The notes under the pieces: generated by a model | The model's input: only the letters and a program-made list of their open reading frames with translations | Databases searched by the model: none | What the model was told of the DNA's origin: nothing | Shown: positions 1 to 8,839 of the stretch, piece by piece | Position numbering within the stretch: the first letter of the stretch is position 1 | Layout: each line of letters begins with the position of its first letter | Virus record (IMG/VR): IMGVR_UViG_3300044878_000087 | Location: 66,432 to 130,431 of that record | Origin: a virus | Lineage: Duplodnaviria; Heunggongvirae; Uroviricota; Caudoviricetes | Direction: 5' to 3' (one strand) | Length of the DNA: 64,000 nt | Position numbers and translations under genes: made by a program

Positions 1-576
1 TACTTCGTTCAGAGGCCAGTTTGCAACTTCACAATCATGCAGCAGACCTAACACTTCCGTTTCTTTGTTATGGTCGTACTCGGAACTGCTTTCGAGATAC
101 TCCCCAAAGATCGGGATCATCGGACGGATAGCCAACGAGACAGTAGCCAGGTTGATATATTCGTGTTCGAGATATGTTTGGTCTTTCTTGTTGTAACGGG
201 ATTCCGCTGTGATGACTCGTTCGATTTCCACTGGGATAAACAAGTTACCCATGGTCGACAGCCAACGGCGCATTCCATTCATCGGCATGTGCTCATACAT
301 CTCACGAATGAAATGACGTAGCGACATTGCCACCCGAACAGTGTCCAGAGACATGTTCAAGATCTCATGGATTCGTTGATACGATTCCCAGATCTTCTGC
401 TGCTTTTCAACGCCAATGAATTCCCAGTAGCTATTGATCTCCTTGAATACACGTTGTTGATCCGCAAGTTTTACCTTGCAATAGATCTTTGTGGTGAAGG
501 ATAACTTCTGCCCGTTATGTTCAGCAGTTACCTCTGTGAACCCAGAGCCCTGAATTCCTGTTACAAGAAGCTGCAT
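1..576 (-). CDS. non-virion RNA polymerase promoter-specificity subunit (phiKZ gp68-like), 3'-truncated by window edge
   Basis: Hand-translated open frame from ATG 576 (upstream AAGGAAA) off the left edge: MQLLVTGIQGSG...TYLEHEYINLATVSLAIRPMIPIFGEY. Absent from the ORF track because its stop is outside the window. Position next to the gp67/66/65-like genes fits phiKZ synteny. Confidence 0.75.
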   Translation of the reverse strand, partial: MQLLVTGIQGSGFTEVTAEHNGQKLSFTTKIYCKVKLADQQRVFKEINSYWEFIGVEKQQKIWESYQRIHEILNMSLDTVRVAMSLRHFIREMYEHMPMNGMRRWLSTMGNLFIPVEIERVITAESRYNKKDQTYLEHEYINLATVSLAIRPMIPIFGEYLESSSEYDHNKETEVLGLLHDCEVANWPLNEV

Positions 577-607
577 GCATTTTCCTTTTTACTTACGACG
601 CCCAACA

Positions 608-630
608 GTAATATAGATCTGAGATTTTTT
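608..630 (-). promoter_or_regulatory. early-type promoter motif AAAAAATCTCAGATCTATATTAC
   Basis: Contains the phiKZ early consensus TATATTAC about 30 nt upstream of the gp68-like start; the extended motif recurs six more times. Confidence 0.7.
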
Positions 631-687
631 GCAGTCTCACGATCGGGGCATAGAGCATCCTCGTATGAGGACGCGCTTTGCTTGTTA

Positions 688-1446
688 TCAGAATGCCATT
701 ACGTCGCCGAATCCACCATCATCGCCGAAACCTGCTGCTGCTTGACCGCCGCTATTGCCACCGCGGTTGCCGCCGTAATTACCACCACCGCCATTACCGC
801 CACGGTTACCACCGAAGTTGTTACCGCCACCACCATTGCCACCACCGAAGTTGGCAGGGTTAGCAACGTTCTTCGCGTTTGGATCGAACTGAGAAACCAT
901 CAGGTTGTAGACGATCGCTTCAGCTGGGATCAAGAAGCCCATTGCGTATGCTTCAGACATTTCTTTCGGAGTGATTTCAGAACCATCACCGTTTTGGATG
1001 CTGTGATACTTGGACGGACCGAAGTAGAACGGAATGCGTGGACGGCTGGACTTGGTGCTCAGGACAGCCATGTAAACACGACCATCAGAACCACGACCAA
1101 TTTCCCACTTGGACAGAGCGATCACTTTATCCATTTTCTTACCTGCCAAGAAATCGTCTTGGTAGATAAATACACGCTTCTGAGGAATGTCAGGAACGTT
1201 GTTAACCAGTTGTTTCGTGTAATGCATTGCAGCTGCGAAAGTAGCGAGGTCCATGCGGAAGTCAATCTTGCCATGGTTTTCGTCGCCGTCAACACCGGTC
1301 TTAACTACGATGGTCGGCACGTTGCCGCGTACGTTAAAACGAATCGATGGACGCTTGGTAGAGCCTTGTACTGGAGCTGCGTAGATCCAGGTAGACATTA
1401 CCGAGAATGCGTTCAGGATTGGTGCTGGAATGTTGCCTTGAGACAT
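688..1446 (-). CDS. chmC: ChmC-like nucleus-associated nucleic-acid-binding protein (phiKZ gp67-like)
   Basis: 252 aa; beta-rich core followed by a Gly/Asn/Arg low-complexity tail (GGGNGGGGNNFGGNRGG) and an acidic-aromatic end; sits immediately before the gp68-like gene in the chimallin block. Confidence 0.7.
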   Translation of the reverse strand: MSQGNIPAPILNAFSVMSTWIYAAPVQGSTKRPSIRFNVRGNVPTIVVKTGVDGDENHGKIDFRMDLATFAAAMHYTKQLVNNVPDIPQKRVFIYQDDFLAGKKMDKVIALSKWEIGRGSDGRVYMAVLSTKSSRPRIPFYFGPSKYHSIQNGDGSEITPKEMSEAYAMGFLIPAEAIVYNLMVSQFDPNAKNVANPANFGGGNGGGGNNFGGNRGGNGGGGNYGGNRGGNSGGQAAAGFGDDGGFGDVMAF

Positions 1447-1527
1447 GTTGATACTCCGATCGGATATTCTTTTTTAGTGTTCGCATGCGCATGCGGATTC
1501 AGTCACGTAACATTGAGCTGCCCAGTA

Positions 1528-2361
1528 TTATTTCCTGAGCAGCTTATACAGGTCTTTCAACTCTTTCGATCCAGTCATGATGTCATGATAGAATTTATCT
1601 GGAGTTGTGATACCTGTCCACTTCTTATCCTTGGAGAGCTGCTTCAGTTCTTCCCTGATCTTACGTGGCTGTTGCGGATCTATGAGTTGCCCATCCCCAA
1701 ACACCTGGAGTGTGAACTCAGTGAATGGCATTGGGTATTCGTTTTCTTTTATGCCGTTAAGCTTCGTATACCAGGTGTTGTATGTTTTCAATTTCCCAGT
1801 ATGCGACTCCAATAAGAGCAGTCTACTGAACTGAGGTTTCCACAACAGTTCATGAGGGTAATGTGTAAGGATCGCTACTATGCCTTCACCCGACTTGGGT
1901 TTCTGGTCGATCTCCATTACATCCATGTTTGCAGCTTTCATCTGCTGGTACAGTTCAATTGCAACAAACCGTTCAAACATTTCGTAAGCGAGTTGCTTAG
2001 GAGTTTCAGCCTTCTTGAAGTTCGCCTTAGGGAACATCCATTTGACTGCTTCCTTAGAAGCCAGGTAATAGCGAATCTTACCGGTAAAACCTTGTTGTGC
2101 TAATGCCACGGGTAACGTTTGAGTTTCCGTTAGCAACACAGCCACAGAGTTGGTGTAATCCATCTCCATGGCTTTATCAGTGGGTACAGCTTGGAACAGA
2201 TTACGGGCCATTGTTCGGAGGTTAATCCAAACGGTTTGAATCGTCTTGACGTTGGTCGGTTGTTTGGGTGGATTTGGGTGAATCCCCAGTAAACCTTCGA
2301 ATGCAAGAGACGTACCGATACTGACCGGTATCTGTCCTACGTCACGTTCGATGATGTCCAT
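1528..2361 (-). CDS. conserved core protein (phiKZ gp66-like), possible 5'-nuclease/PIN-like fold
   Basis: 277-aa ORF between the SbcD-like and ChmC-like genes; fold guess rests only on VWINLRT and QVFGD segments. Confidence 0.6.
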   Translation of the reverse strand: MDIIERDVGQIPVSIGTSLAFEGLLGIHPNPPKQPTNVKTIQTVWINLRTMARNLFQAVPTDKAMEMDYTNSVAVLLTETQTLPVALAQQGFTGKIRYYLASKEAVKWMFPKANFKKAETPKQLAYEMFERFVAIELYQQMKAANMDVMEIDQKPKSGEGIVAILTHYPHELLWKPQFSRLLLLESHTGKLKTYNTWYTKLNGIKENEYPMPFTEFTLQVFGDGQLIDPQQPRKIREELKQLSKDKKWTGITTPDKFYHDIMTGSKELKDLYKLLRK

Positions 2362-2369
2362 TTAATGCC

Positions 2370-3509
2370 TCAGGCCAGACCGTCCAACCGCTGGAGGCAT
2401 CGCATGATAGCTGCCTCATCAGGGGCGAACTTAGCCAACGCCGGTACCAGGAGTTCTCTGATTGAATCACGGGTGATCGCTTTGAACTGAGACATATCAA
2501 ATGCCTGAAAGGTTTCAGCGACCGTATTCTTTTTTGATTCGACTTTATCAACCGTTACGGTCCAGTCTAGTTTTGGATACTCTTTCTTGTAGACATCAAT
2601 GTCTCCATTCGCAACGTCATTTGGATTACAGCGCAAACGCACTGCGGAACCTCTCGGGAGTTCCCGAATGAATTCCTTAATCGCATAGTTCAGTTGCTTA
2701 GTATCCATGCCATGACATTCCAAGGTAACGTATTTCTTCGCTCCCTTGTTTTCAATGAACACACGTTCCCAGCTACCGTCTTGTTTAACGGTTACTTTGA
2801 ACATGCCTTTAGCACCTTCGTCGTTATGACAAATACGGTCAAAGCTACCTGCTGCTAGGATTCGCTCATTCACGGTCATCAAGTGAACGTGTCCGATAAG
2901 AATCTGATGCTTAACGAGTTTGAGGTACTCGTCTTCTTTGTGGGTAGGCTCTGGCACAATAGCGGGTAACTGATAAGAGAAAGCACCGTGCATAATCGCA
3001 AAGTCAACTTGCTCAATACCGAGTTCAGCCATCTGCTGCTTAACTTCGTTCAACGTTACATCTGTCGACGGGTTATGCTTGTCAGGAACATACAGGAAAT
3101 ATGAATCTAACCGCTCGATGTACTCGATGGACAGATTCTTGGTGTAATGGAGATCAACATCAATGTTAGCGTTGATACGTTGTTCAGTGAAGAAACGAGA
3201 TTGCTCTCGGTCGTGGCTCGGTGTACCTTCAACAATACGGATCATTACTTTGAATGCTGCACAACGCAACATCAGCAATGTCATCCAGCGGTTGATCTGG
3301 TGCACCACTTCATCACCATTGTTCAGCTGCCGATCAAACAGGTCACCTGTAATGATCAACATGTCTACTTCCTTTAATAGCTCGTCAGTTATCGTCAACT
3401 CTAGGTTTTTGATAATCAGACTAGCGGGAGTAGAGCGATGCCCGAGATGGACATCGCCTAAACTTAAGTAACGAAAGACGCCTGGCTTTTTGGTTAGATC
3501 AGTCTTCAT
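2370..3509 (-). CDS. sbcD: SbcD/Mre11-family metallophosphoesterase nuclease (phiKZ gp65-like)
   Basis: Motifs GDVHLG, ITGDLFD, GTPSHD, MHGAF, GHVH, AGSFDR; start moved to MKTDLTKK at 3509. Confidence 0.9.
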   Translation of the reverse strand: MKTDLTKKPGVFRYLSLGDVHLGHRSTPASLIIKNLELTITDELLKEVDMLIITGDLFDRQLNNGDEVVHQINRWMTLLMLRCAAFKVMIRIVEGTPSHDREQSRFFTEQRINANIDVDLHYTKNLSIEYIERLDSYFLYVPDKHNPSTDVTLNEVKQQMAELGIEQVDFAIMHGAFSYQLPAIVPEPTHKEDEYLKLVKHQILIGHVHLMTVNERILAAGSFDRICHNDEGAKGMFKVTVKQDGSWERVFIENKGAKKYVTLECHGMDTKQLNYAIKEFIRELPRGSAVRLRCNPNDVANGDIDVYKKEYPKLDWTVTVDKVESKKNTVAETFQAFDMSQFKAITRDSIRELLVPALAKFAPDEAAIMRCLQRLDGLA

Positions 3510-4143
3510 CTTCTTCGTCAGTAAAACAGCTGGATGGCGGAGACAAGGTTTGACCCACCTCCTTTTGTTTATCCGCTGACGGAGGAAGTGAATCTTTACC
3601 CAGTGGGTTCTTGGCATCGGCAGTCACATCGAGTTCTTTGCCATACGCCTGTAAGATACGGTGTATGGGTAAAAGAATATCTTCGATCTGGTCTGGTAAG
3701 ATTGTGATCCGTTGCAGGAAACCCCGCATGGTGTCATCAATCAAATCGATACGGTGGAGATCCCGATAGCGGTTCATGTTGTGGATGACATCACCCACTG
3801 ATAAACCACCATCCGCTTGAGGGACTGTAGTACGGGGTGTTCGGCTAATCGGAGGTACGATGTGCAGTACCTTGTCACGATCATAGTCATCCACTACTTT
3901 GAGTGGCATCATCAGGTCTACCACAAAGCGTTGGTACGCTCTGCGGTTAGCCGGAACCAGGATTCGTTCAAGCAATGGAACAACTTGCTTTACGAATGCT
4001 GATTCGTTAATAGAAGGTGTGCGTTCATCTACAGCCGCAAGAATCGCAGAAGCGTACTTCTTAGGACGCTCTCCCATTTCCCGCGCAAGGCGTTCTTCAC
4101 GCGCTGACTTGATCGCTACCGGCTTCGGTTCGGGATAGTTCAT
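3499..4143 (-). CDS. hypothetical protein of the conserved block
   Basis: 214-aa ORF whose end overlaps the sbcD start; acidic C-terminus. Confidence 0.75.
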   Translation of the reverse strand: MNYPEPKPVAIKSAREERLAREMGERPKKYASAILAAVDERTPSINESAFVKQVVPLLERILVPANRRAYQRFVVDLMMPLKVVDDYDRDKVLHIVPPISRTPRTTVPQADGGLSVGDVIHNMNRYRDLHRIDLIDDTMRGFLQRITILPDQIEDILLPIHRILQAYGKELDVTADAKNPLGKDSLPPSADKQKEVGQTLSPPSSCFTDEEDED

Positions 4144-4597
4144 CTGCAGGACCTTTCTTGTTATCCAGGAACAGAGTGAACCAGCCGGTTTCTCCGTCGG
4201 TCAGATATTCTTTACGGGAGAACACTTGTACCAAGATCTCAGTGCCTTGGTTGATCAGTGTGCTCGGATCTTCGGCATTGGCGAAAGTGAATTCATCACC
4301 ACGACGGGTAACGACTACAGTGCCAGGAGTGCCTTCATCTACACGTTGCACGCCGTACTGATCTGCAGTAGGGGTGCTTGCGATAGCCGACATCTGATCA
4401 GATACACCATGGAACACTTCGGACAGGATGTTCATCAGGCTGCGAGTACGGTTTGCTTCCGATACACGAACCAGTTGCAACAGCTTCTCTACAGAAGCAT
4501 TGGTGTTACGGATTTCGTTTTCCAGTTCAGCTACACGCTTTTCCAGATTGCGGATGCGGATTGCTTCATCAACTTCTGGGGATACTGCTTCGGTCAT
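4097..4597 (-). CDS. hypothetical protein with N-terminal coiled coil
   Basis: 166 aa; heptad-like IRNLEKRVAELENEIRNTN. Confidence 0.7.
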   Translation of the reverse strand: MTEAVSPEVDEAIRIRNLEKRVAELENEIRNTNASVEKLLQLVRVSEANRTRSLMNILSEVFHGVSDQMSAIASTPTADQYGVQRVDEGTPGTVVVTRRGDEFTFANAEDPSTLINQGTEILVQVFSRKEYLTDGETGWFTLFLDNKKGPADELSRTEAGSDQVSA

Positions 4598-4599
4598 TG

Positions 4600-5007
4600 T
4601 TAAACTCCATTGTTCAGTTTGGCAATTTTGAGTACACGCGAGTCTTGGAATTGAACCATCCAGCCCACGGTAAAGGTTTTATCTTCAGTCACTACATAGC
4701 CTGTGAAGTTGATCGTGTATTGAGACGGTTTGTCTGCGTCTTCTAGCACGGTCACGTTAGCATGTGATTGATCGTTGAACGATGCTTTCAGTTTGGCATC
4801 GAGCTCATCTTGCAATCGTTTTTCCAGATCTAGCATCCGGTTTGCATATTCTTTCAACAGGTATTGCAGCGAGATGTTTTGGTCACGATGGGAAACAGTC
4901 ATCGACCGGTTTGATTCCATAAAGCAAGCGATGATGTAGTCCGCTTTGTCTTCAGGGTGGTCAATCCAGCCTTTGATGCCCATCGTTGGGATATATTTTT
5001 CAGCCAT
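4600..5007 (-). CDS. hypothetical protein, possibly late/structural
   Basis: 135 aa; preceded by the same TCTATGACTCA 11-mer as the terminase gene. Confidence 0.7.
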   Translation of the reverse strand: MAEKYIPTMGIKGWIDHPEDKADYIIACFMESNRSMTVSHRDQNISLQYLLKEYANRMLDLEKRLQDELDAKLKASFNDQSHANVTVLEDADKPSQYTINFTGYVVTEDKTFTVGWMVQFQDSRVLKIAKLNNGV

Positions 5008-5028
5008 GGTGCTACCCTATTCTCTTAT

Positions 5029-5039
5029 TGAGTCATAGA
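5029..5039 (-). promoter_or_regulatory. late-type promoter TCTATGACTCA
   Basis: Contains the phiKZ late core TATG; identical 11-mer at 45438-45448 upstream of terL. Confidence 0.55.
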
Positions 5040-5066
5040 GTAAGCCGAAAGAAAAAACAAACGCTC

Positions 5067-5082
5067 GGGGACCGAAGTCCCC
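5067..5082 (-). terminator. UUCG-loop terminator hairpin
   Basis: GGGGAC TTCG GTCCCC on the minus strand with a T-rich tract downstream. Confidence 0.7.
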
Positions 5083-5088
5083 AAGGTA

Positions 5089-5562
5089 TTACTTCAGACG
5101 CAGAGCCTTTTCTACTGGCAGCTCAGCGATAACACGAATCCAGTCTTTGATCGGGGAGTTGAATGTAACGTTGACAGAACCACTACGTTTAACGGTTTCG
5201 CCTTCTGCTGCATCGGAATCGTCATTGGTGATTTCAACCAGACGATCGCCTTCGAATTCCAGGGTGAAGCTATGGCGGCCAGACTTGTGCTTCATGCCTG
5301 CGGCCAGTGGATTGATCAGAGAAGCAAACGCTTCAGGTGCAACGAAACGGATCGGATGCTGCTTACCTTCGAAAGCCAGATCGTAATGACTGGTCTCTGG
5401 GTTGTAGATCAGGGTAAAGGCTTCGGTAGGTTTGAACACGCGAATACCGCGAGCTTTGCCTTTGCCGGCTTCAGTTGGGTTCAGAGTTGGTTCGGTCATT
5501 GCAGCTTTCCTAGTTCGAGGTATGTATGTTTCATTGCCGTATCCATCAATCATGATCGGCAT
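5089..5562 (-). CDS. hypothetical protein
   Basis: 157-aa ORF coupled to the upstream gene; true start may be internal. Confidence 0.65.
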   Translation of the reverse strand: MPIMIDGYGNETYIPRTRKAAMTEPTLNPTEAGKGKARGIRVFKPTEAFTLIYNPETSHYDLAFEGKQHPIRFVAPEAFASLINPLAAGMKHKSGRHSFTLEFEGDRLVEITNDDSDAAEGETVKRSGSVNVTFNSPIKDWIRVIAELPVEKALRLK

Positions 5563-5960
5563 TATTTAAACAGGTCTGTCACTGGTACATAAACAGTTGC
5601 CTTGAGCATCTGGACCAGTGGGTCATGGTGTTGCAATTGCAGCGTATTGAATACAGCACCATTCACCGCAGAGATCTTCTGCATGGTGTAACAACGGGAT
5701 TGCACTCTCTTACATTCAATAACGTAATCGAGTATTTTAATAGTCGTTACTTCGCCATCCTTTACGTAAGGCTCTGGGGTTTCTTTGTCAAACCACAGAT
5801 AAGCGATTGTTCGGCCATCAACAACCCACTGATTAGTTGCTTCATTATGCTGAAGTTGAACCAATCTTTTCGGTGGAGGTGGTGGTGCGCGATAAACATG
5901 ACAGCCTCCACCATAATCTTCCGCACCAATTTGTAAAACATGTTTGTTCGGATTGAACAT
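5562..5960 (-). CDS. hypothetical protein
   Basis: 132-aa ORF with a poly-Pro stretch; stop/start overlap at 5562. Confidence 0.65.
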   Translation of the reverse strand: MFNPNKHVLQIGAEDYGGGCHVYRAPPPPPKRLVQLQHNEATNQWVVDGRTIAYLWFDKETPEPYVKDGEVTTIKILDYVIECKRVQSRCYTMQKISAVNGAVFNTLQLQHHDPLVQMLKATVYVPVTDLFK

Positions 5961-5976
5961 GTCTCTGCCTCAAAAA

Positions 5977-5996
5977 GCCTCTCCCGAAGGAGAGGC
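5977..5996 (-). terminator. UUCG-loop terminator hairpin
   Basis: GCCTCTCC TTCG GGAGAGGC followed by TTTTTG on the minus strand. Confidence 0.8.
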
Positions 5997-6005
5997 ATTT
6001 ATTCC

Positions 6006-6614
6006 TTAACCCAGCATCAGCCCTTCAGGCGAAGTTGGATCTTGTTCACCTGCACTCAACTCAGCTTTCAGCACGTTCCAGGTACGGAGGATATCTACTT
6101 TCTCGAATACCGTCAGTTCAGTGTCATCACGAGTGTCTTCGACATACTGAGTAAACTGAATCGACTCATCATTGATAGTAGCAATACCATCCATAACTCG
6201 ACGCCAATCATAATGCTGTGCACCAACGCCATTGCCGTGTAGGTTCTCATAGCTTTCTCCATAACCGGATACTTCGCCATTGAGATACATCTTCCGTACA
6301 TCGGTCTGTGCCATGAGATATCGTTGCATCACAATCGGAGCACACTGGATCTGCTCGATGTTAGTCAGATACGAGATCGTATTCGACTGCCATGCATTCT
6401 CTGCTTTAACGGTGAGGTTCCTGAGAGCTTGTACAGCATCGCTCGTGGAGATCATCGTGTACAGAGTAGCTGCTTGGTTGAAGAAGCCTTGTGCAGCTGT
6501 TGAGATTGTTGCACGTAGTGCATCAGATCGATCACCCAGCCAAGACTGAGTACCCATATCCAAATGTCCACCTGCACAGATGTCCAGAAGGTCGACACCA
6601 TGTGCTTGCATCAT
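6006..6614 (-). CDS. conserved core protein (position of phiKZ gp59-like gene)
   Basis: Start moved to MMQAHG at 6614: SD-like AAGGGG lies upstream and the early promoter motif falls inside the longer ORF-track extension. Confidence 0.7.
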   Translation of the reverse strand: MMQAHGVDLLDICAGGHLDMGTQSWLGDRSDALRATISTAAQGFFNQAATLYTMISTSDAVQALRNLTVKAENAWQSNTISYLTNIEQIQCAPIVMQRYLMAQTDVRKMYLNGEVSGYGESYENLHGNGVGAQHYDWRRVMDGIATINDESIQFTQYVEDTRDDTELTVFEKVDILRTWNVLKAELSAGEQDPTSPEGLMLG

Positions 6615-6647
6615 ACGAATTCCCCTTGTTTTATCTGTTGCCAATAA

Positions 6648-6670
6648 GTGATATAGATCTGAGATCCATT
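6648..6670 (-). promoter_or_regulatory. early-type promoter motif (GATCTCAGATCTATATCAC variant)
   Basis: Matches the TCTCAGATCTATAT family seen at 608, 10831, 12384 and 33740. Confidence 0.6.
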
Positions 6671-6715
6671 GGATCACTCTAGCTGTATACAGTTAGGGAC
6701 GTGAGTCATTAAACC

Positions 6716-7189
6716 CTAGTAGAGTGTAGCTGGTCTTTCGGCCAAATACTTCTGCTGGGCAGTGAGGTCGTTATTGCCGTTCCCGTACAACTGACGATCC
6801 CAACGTTTATCGATGCAAACTTCATCAACCTGATCATCCAACATGCGTCGTTTCATAAAGAACTTCACATGTGGTCCACCCAGGGAGAAATGGAATTCAT
6901 CTACAACTTTGTTATTGGGATCTAAGATGCAGCCAAGCCGATTATTCCGCACATGGAATGTGAACGGTTTGAAGTTATCCTCCAGAACCATTTCGAAATC
7001 GGTATTCAATACAACCCAAGTACATCCGCCTACGACGACAAAAACGGGGTACTCGACCCCGTCTTCATTTATTACCCAAGATCCACTGGGATAGCTCTTA
7101 TAGATCTTGACAGTTTGCCGTGAGACGAACATATCTGGATTGTGGTCCAGATTGCTCGATGTCATTATTCGTCCAACAAGTGTTTCCAT
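6716..7189 (-). CDS. hypothetical protein
   Basis: 157-aa ORF overlapping the end of the RNAP subunit gene. Confidence 0.65.
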   Translation of the reverse strand: METLVGRIMTSSNLDHNPDMFVSRQTVKIYKSYPSGSWVINEDGVEYPVFVVVGGCTWVVLNTDFEMVLEDNFKPFTFHVRNNRLGCILDPNNKVVDEFHFSLGGPHVKFFMKRRMLDDQVDEVCIDKRWDRQLYGNGNNDLTAQQKYLAERPATLY

Positions 7190-8634
7190 TCATCGGGAGG
7201 TGGTGGCAGGTAATCTTCGTGAGCATAGTTCACGATGGTTTCTACTACCGGACCTTGGAGTTCCAAGTTACCAGAGATCTCATGCGGATCGTCGATCGAC
7301 AATACCCACGTGTGTGGTGCAATTCGCTCAGTCGCTTCAGTCAGATAGTTATCTGGCATCAGAGTCAGGTTGAGCTGATCGCCATCGAAGTCGGCGTTTG
7401 GTGCTTTCAGACACAGCACGGACATACTGATCGAGTTATCGGTCAGATCTGTTTTGATCTTCGTGATGAAGAACTGCTGAGTCGAGCCACGCTGCAGAGT
7501 TGGATTTCGGTGGAACGTACAGGCTGGGCCGATATCCGGAGCTTCGGCAATCAGTTCCAGGAAGATCGCATTCAGTCTTTCGTTGTACTGCAGGACATTC
7601 GAATACAGAAAGCTCATCGCTTCCATAGTCGTCAGGCCTTGACGCTTCAGCTTGTTGATGATGTGATACTTGAACAACTGGCAAGCAACGCCCCACGGGA
7701 TGTGGAGTTCATCATATCGGTGCGGCGCAGAGATCGAGGTGATTACTGCACGAGCGGTGAAGTTGAGTCGGCCACCAAGAACATGACGACGAACCAGACC
7801 AGGCTTCTGGGCGATCCGTTGTTTGTTATAGTCCTCGTGGAACTTTGCCATCAACAGCAAAGCTTTGGCTGTTCGGTTTTGTACTGTGATCGGTTTCAGT
7901 GGAATCGGACTATGTGTAATGCCACCCATAGTCAATGCAGCATCGATTGCTGGACCGATTGGTTTGTCGATATAAGAACCCGATGTGGTGGATTCTACGA
8001 CGAAGCAGAGTTTCGTGGGGATTGGGATTGCCTGTGGGAACAACGCATGTTTGTTCTGTACCAGGAACTCATAGAACTCATGCTTACCAGTTCCAATGAT
8101 CCCGCAGTCCATACAGAACTTGATGATCGCATCGAAGTTGTCGATGAAATGGTTCAAGCCACGAGGGATGTTTTGCTGCAGCAGCCGCTTTACCTTGCGG
8201 TCTGTTTCACGTGAAGAGATTGTGTTCGCATCAAACTGATACGTCGTATCCATGAAGTACGCTAAGAAGTTAAACTCCTTACCCTGCATGTGACCCAACA
8301 GCATGATCAACAACTCCGGAGAGATCATCGATCTGACGCCTTGAGGTGCTCGCATCCACATGGATGGCACAATAGGCTGGCTAGCTGTGGACACTACTGG
8401 GGTGCTACATACCTCACAAACTACGCCGAGGTCATAAGCCTCGTCAAGATGACCACATTCACAACTCGCTGACACTTCAATAGCATCAACGTTGTCGAAG
8501 TGAGAATACAGCGCACGCTGGAATTCTTCTTTCGATTCAGTATTAGATGCATTGTAGTCGTTCGCAAACTTAATCAGTCCGCGTTGGGTTGCCAGCATTT
8601 CGTCGTGGTCTACAATTTCCGCGTGTAGTCCCAA
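7165..8634 (-). CDS. non-virion RNA polymerase beta-prime-like catalytic subunit (phiKZ gp55/56.1-like), uninterrupted
   Basis: Catalytic NADFDGD motif, N-terminal Zn ribbon (CECG...CEVC), GGRLNFTARAVIT and HRNPTL segments; directly downstream of chimallin. Confidence 0.93.
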   Translation of the reverse strand: MGLHAEIVDHDEMLATQRGLIKFANDYNASNTESKEEFQRALYSHFDNVDAIEVSASCECGHLDEAYDLGVVCEVCSTPVVSTASQPIVPSMWMRAPQGVRSMISPELLIMLLGHMQGKEFNFLAYFMDTTYQFDANTISSRETDRKVKRLLQQNIPRGLNHFIDNFDAIIKFCMDCGIIGTGKHEFYEFLVQNKHALFPQAIPIPTKLCFVVESTTSGSYIDKPIGPAIDAALTMGGITHSPIPLKPITVQNRTAKALLLMAKFHEDYNKQRIAQKPGLVRRHVLGGRLNFTARAVITSISAPHRYDELHIPWGVACQLFKYHIINKLKRQGLTTMEAMSFLYSNVLQYNERLNAIFLELIAEAPDIGPACTFHRNPTLQRGSTQQFFITKIKTDLTDNSISMSVLCLKAPNADFDGDQLNLTLMPDNYLTEATERIAPHTWVLSIDDPHEISGNLELQGPVVETIVNYAHEDYLPPPPDEWKHLLDE

Positions 8635-8669
8635 TTAATACCTCGACACAATAAACAAAAAAGAAATAA

Positions 8670-8695
8670 GAGCAGCTCCCCGAAGGGAGCCGTTC
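8670..8695 (-). terminator. terminator after chmA
   Basis: GCTCCC TTCG GGGAGC hairpin followed by TCTTATTTCTTTTTTG on the minus strand. Confidence 0.8.
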
Positions 8696-8699
8696 CTAT

Positions 8700-8837
8700 C
8701 TAACTTGACTCCATGGGGAGATTAGTAAGCCTAATCAACCGAAGCATTACTTGGGTTGATAACTAACTACCTAATCTCCTTTAGACAGCTAGAGTTGCAG
8801 CGATGATCTAGTCACCGCCACTATCTACTGGAGTTAG
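8700..8837 (-). ncRNA. candidate structured RNA in the chmA 3' UTR
   Basis: Nested inverted repeats: GGAGATTAG 8717-8725 / CTAATCTCC 8771-8779, ATCAACC 8734-8740 / GGTTGAT 8754-8760, CTAGA/TCTAG, and outer CTAA..CTCCA / TGGAGTTAG. Confidence 0.5.
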
Positions 8838-8839
8838 TC

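Noticed and set aside
517-1815. 432-aa plus-strand ORF with a T/A-rich repeat
   Set aside because: Antisense reading of the Gly/Asn tail of the ChmC-like gene; the repeat at about 720-850 is coding low complexity, not an array.
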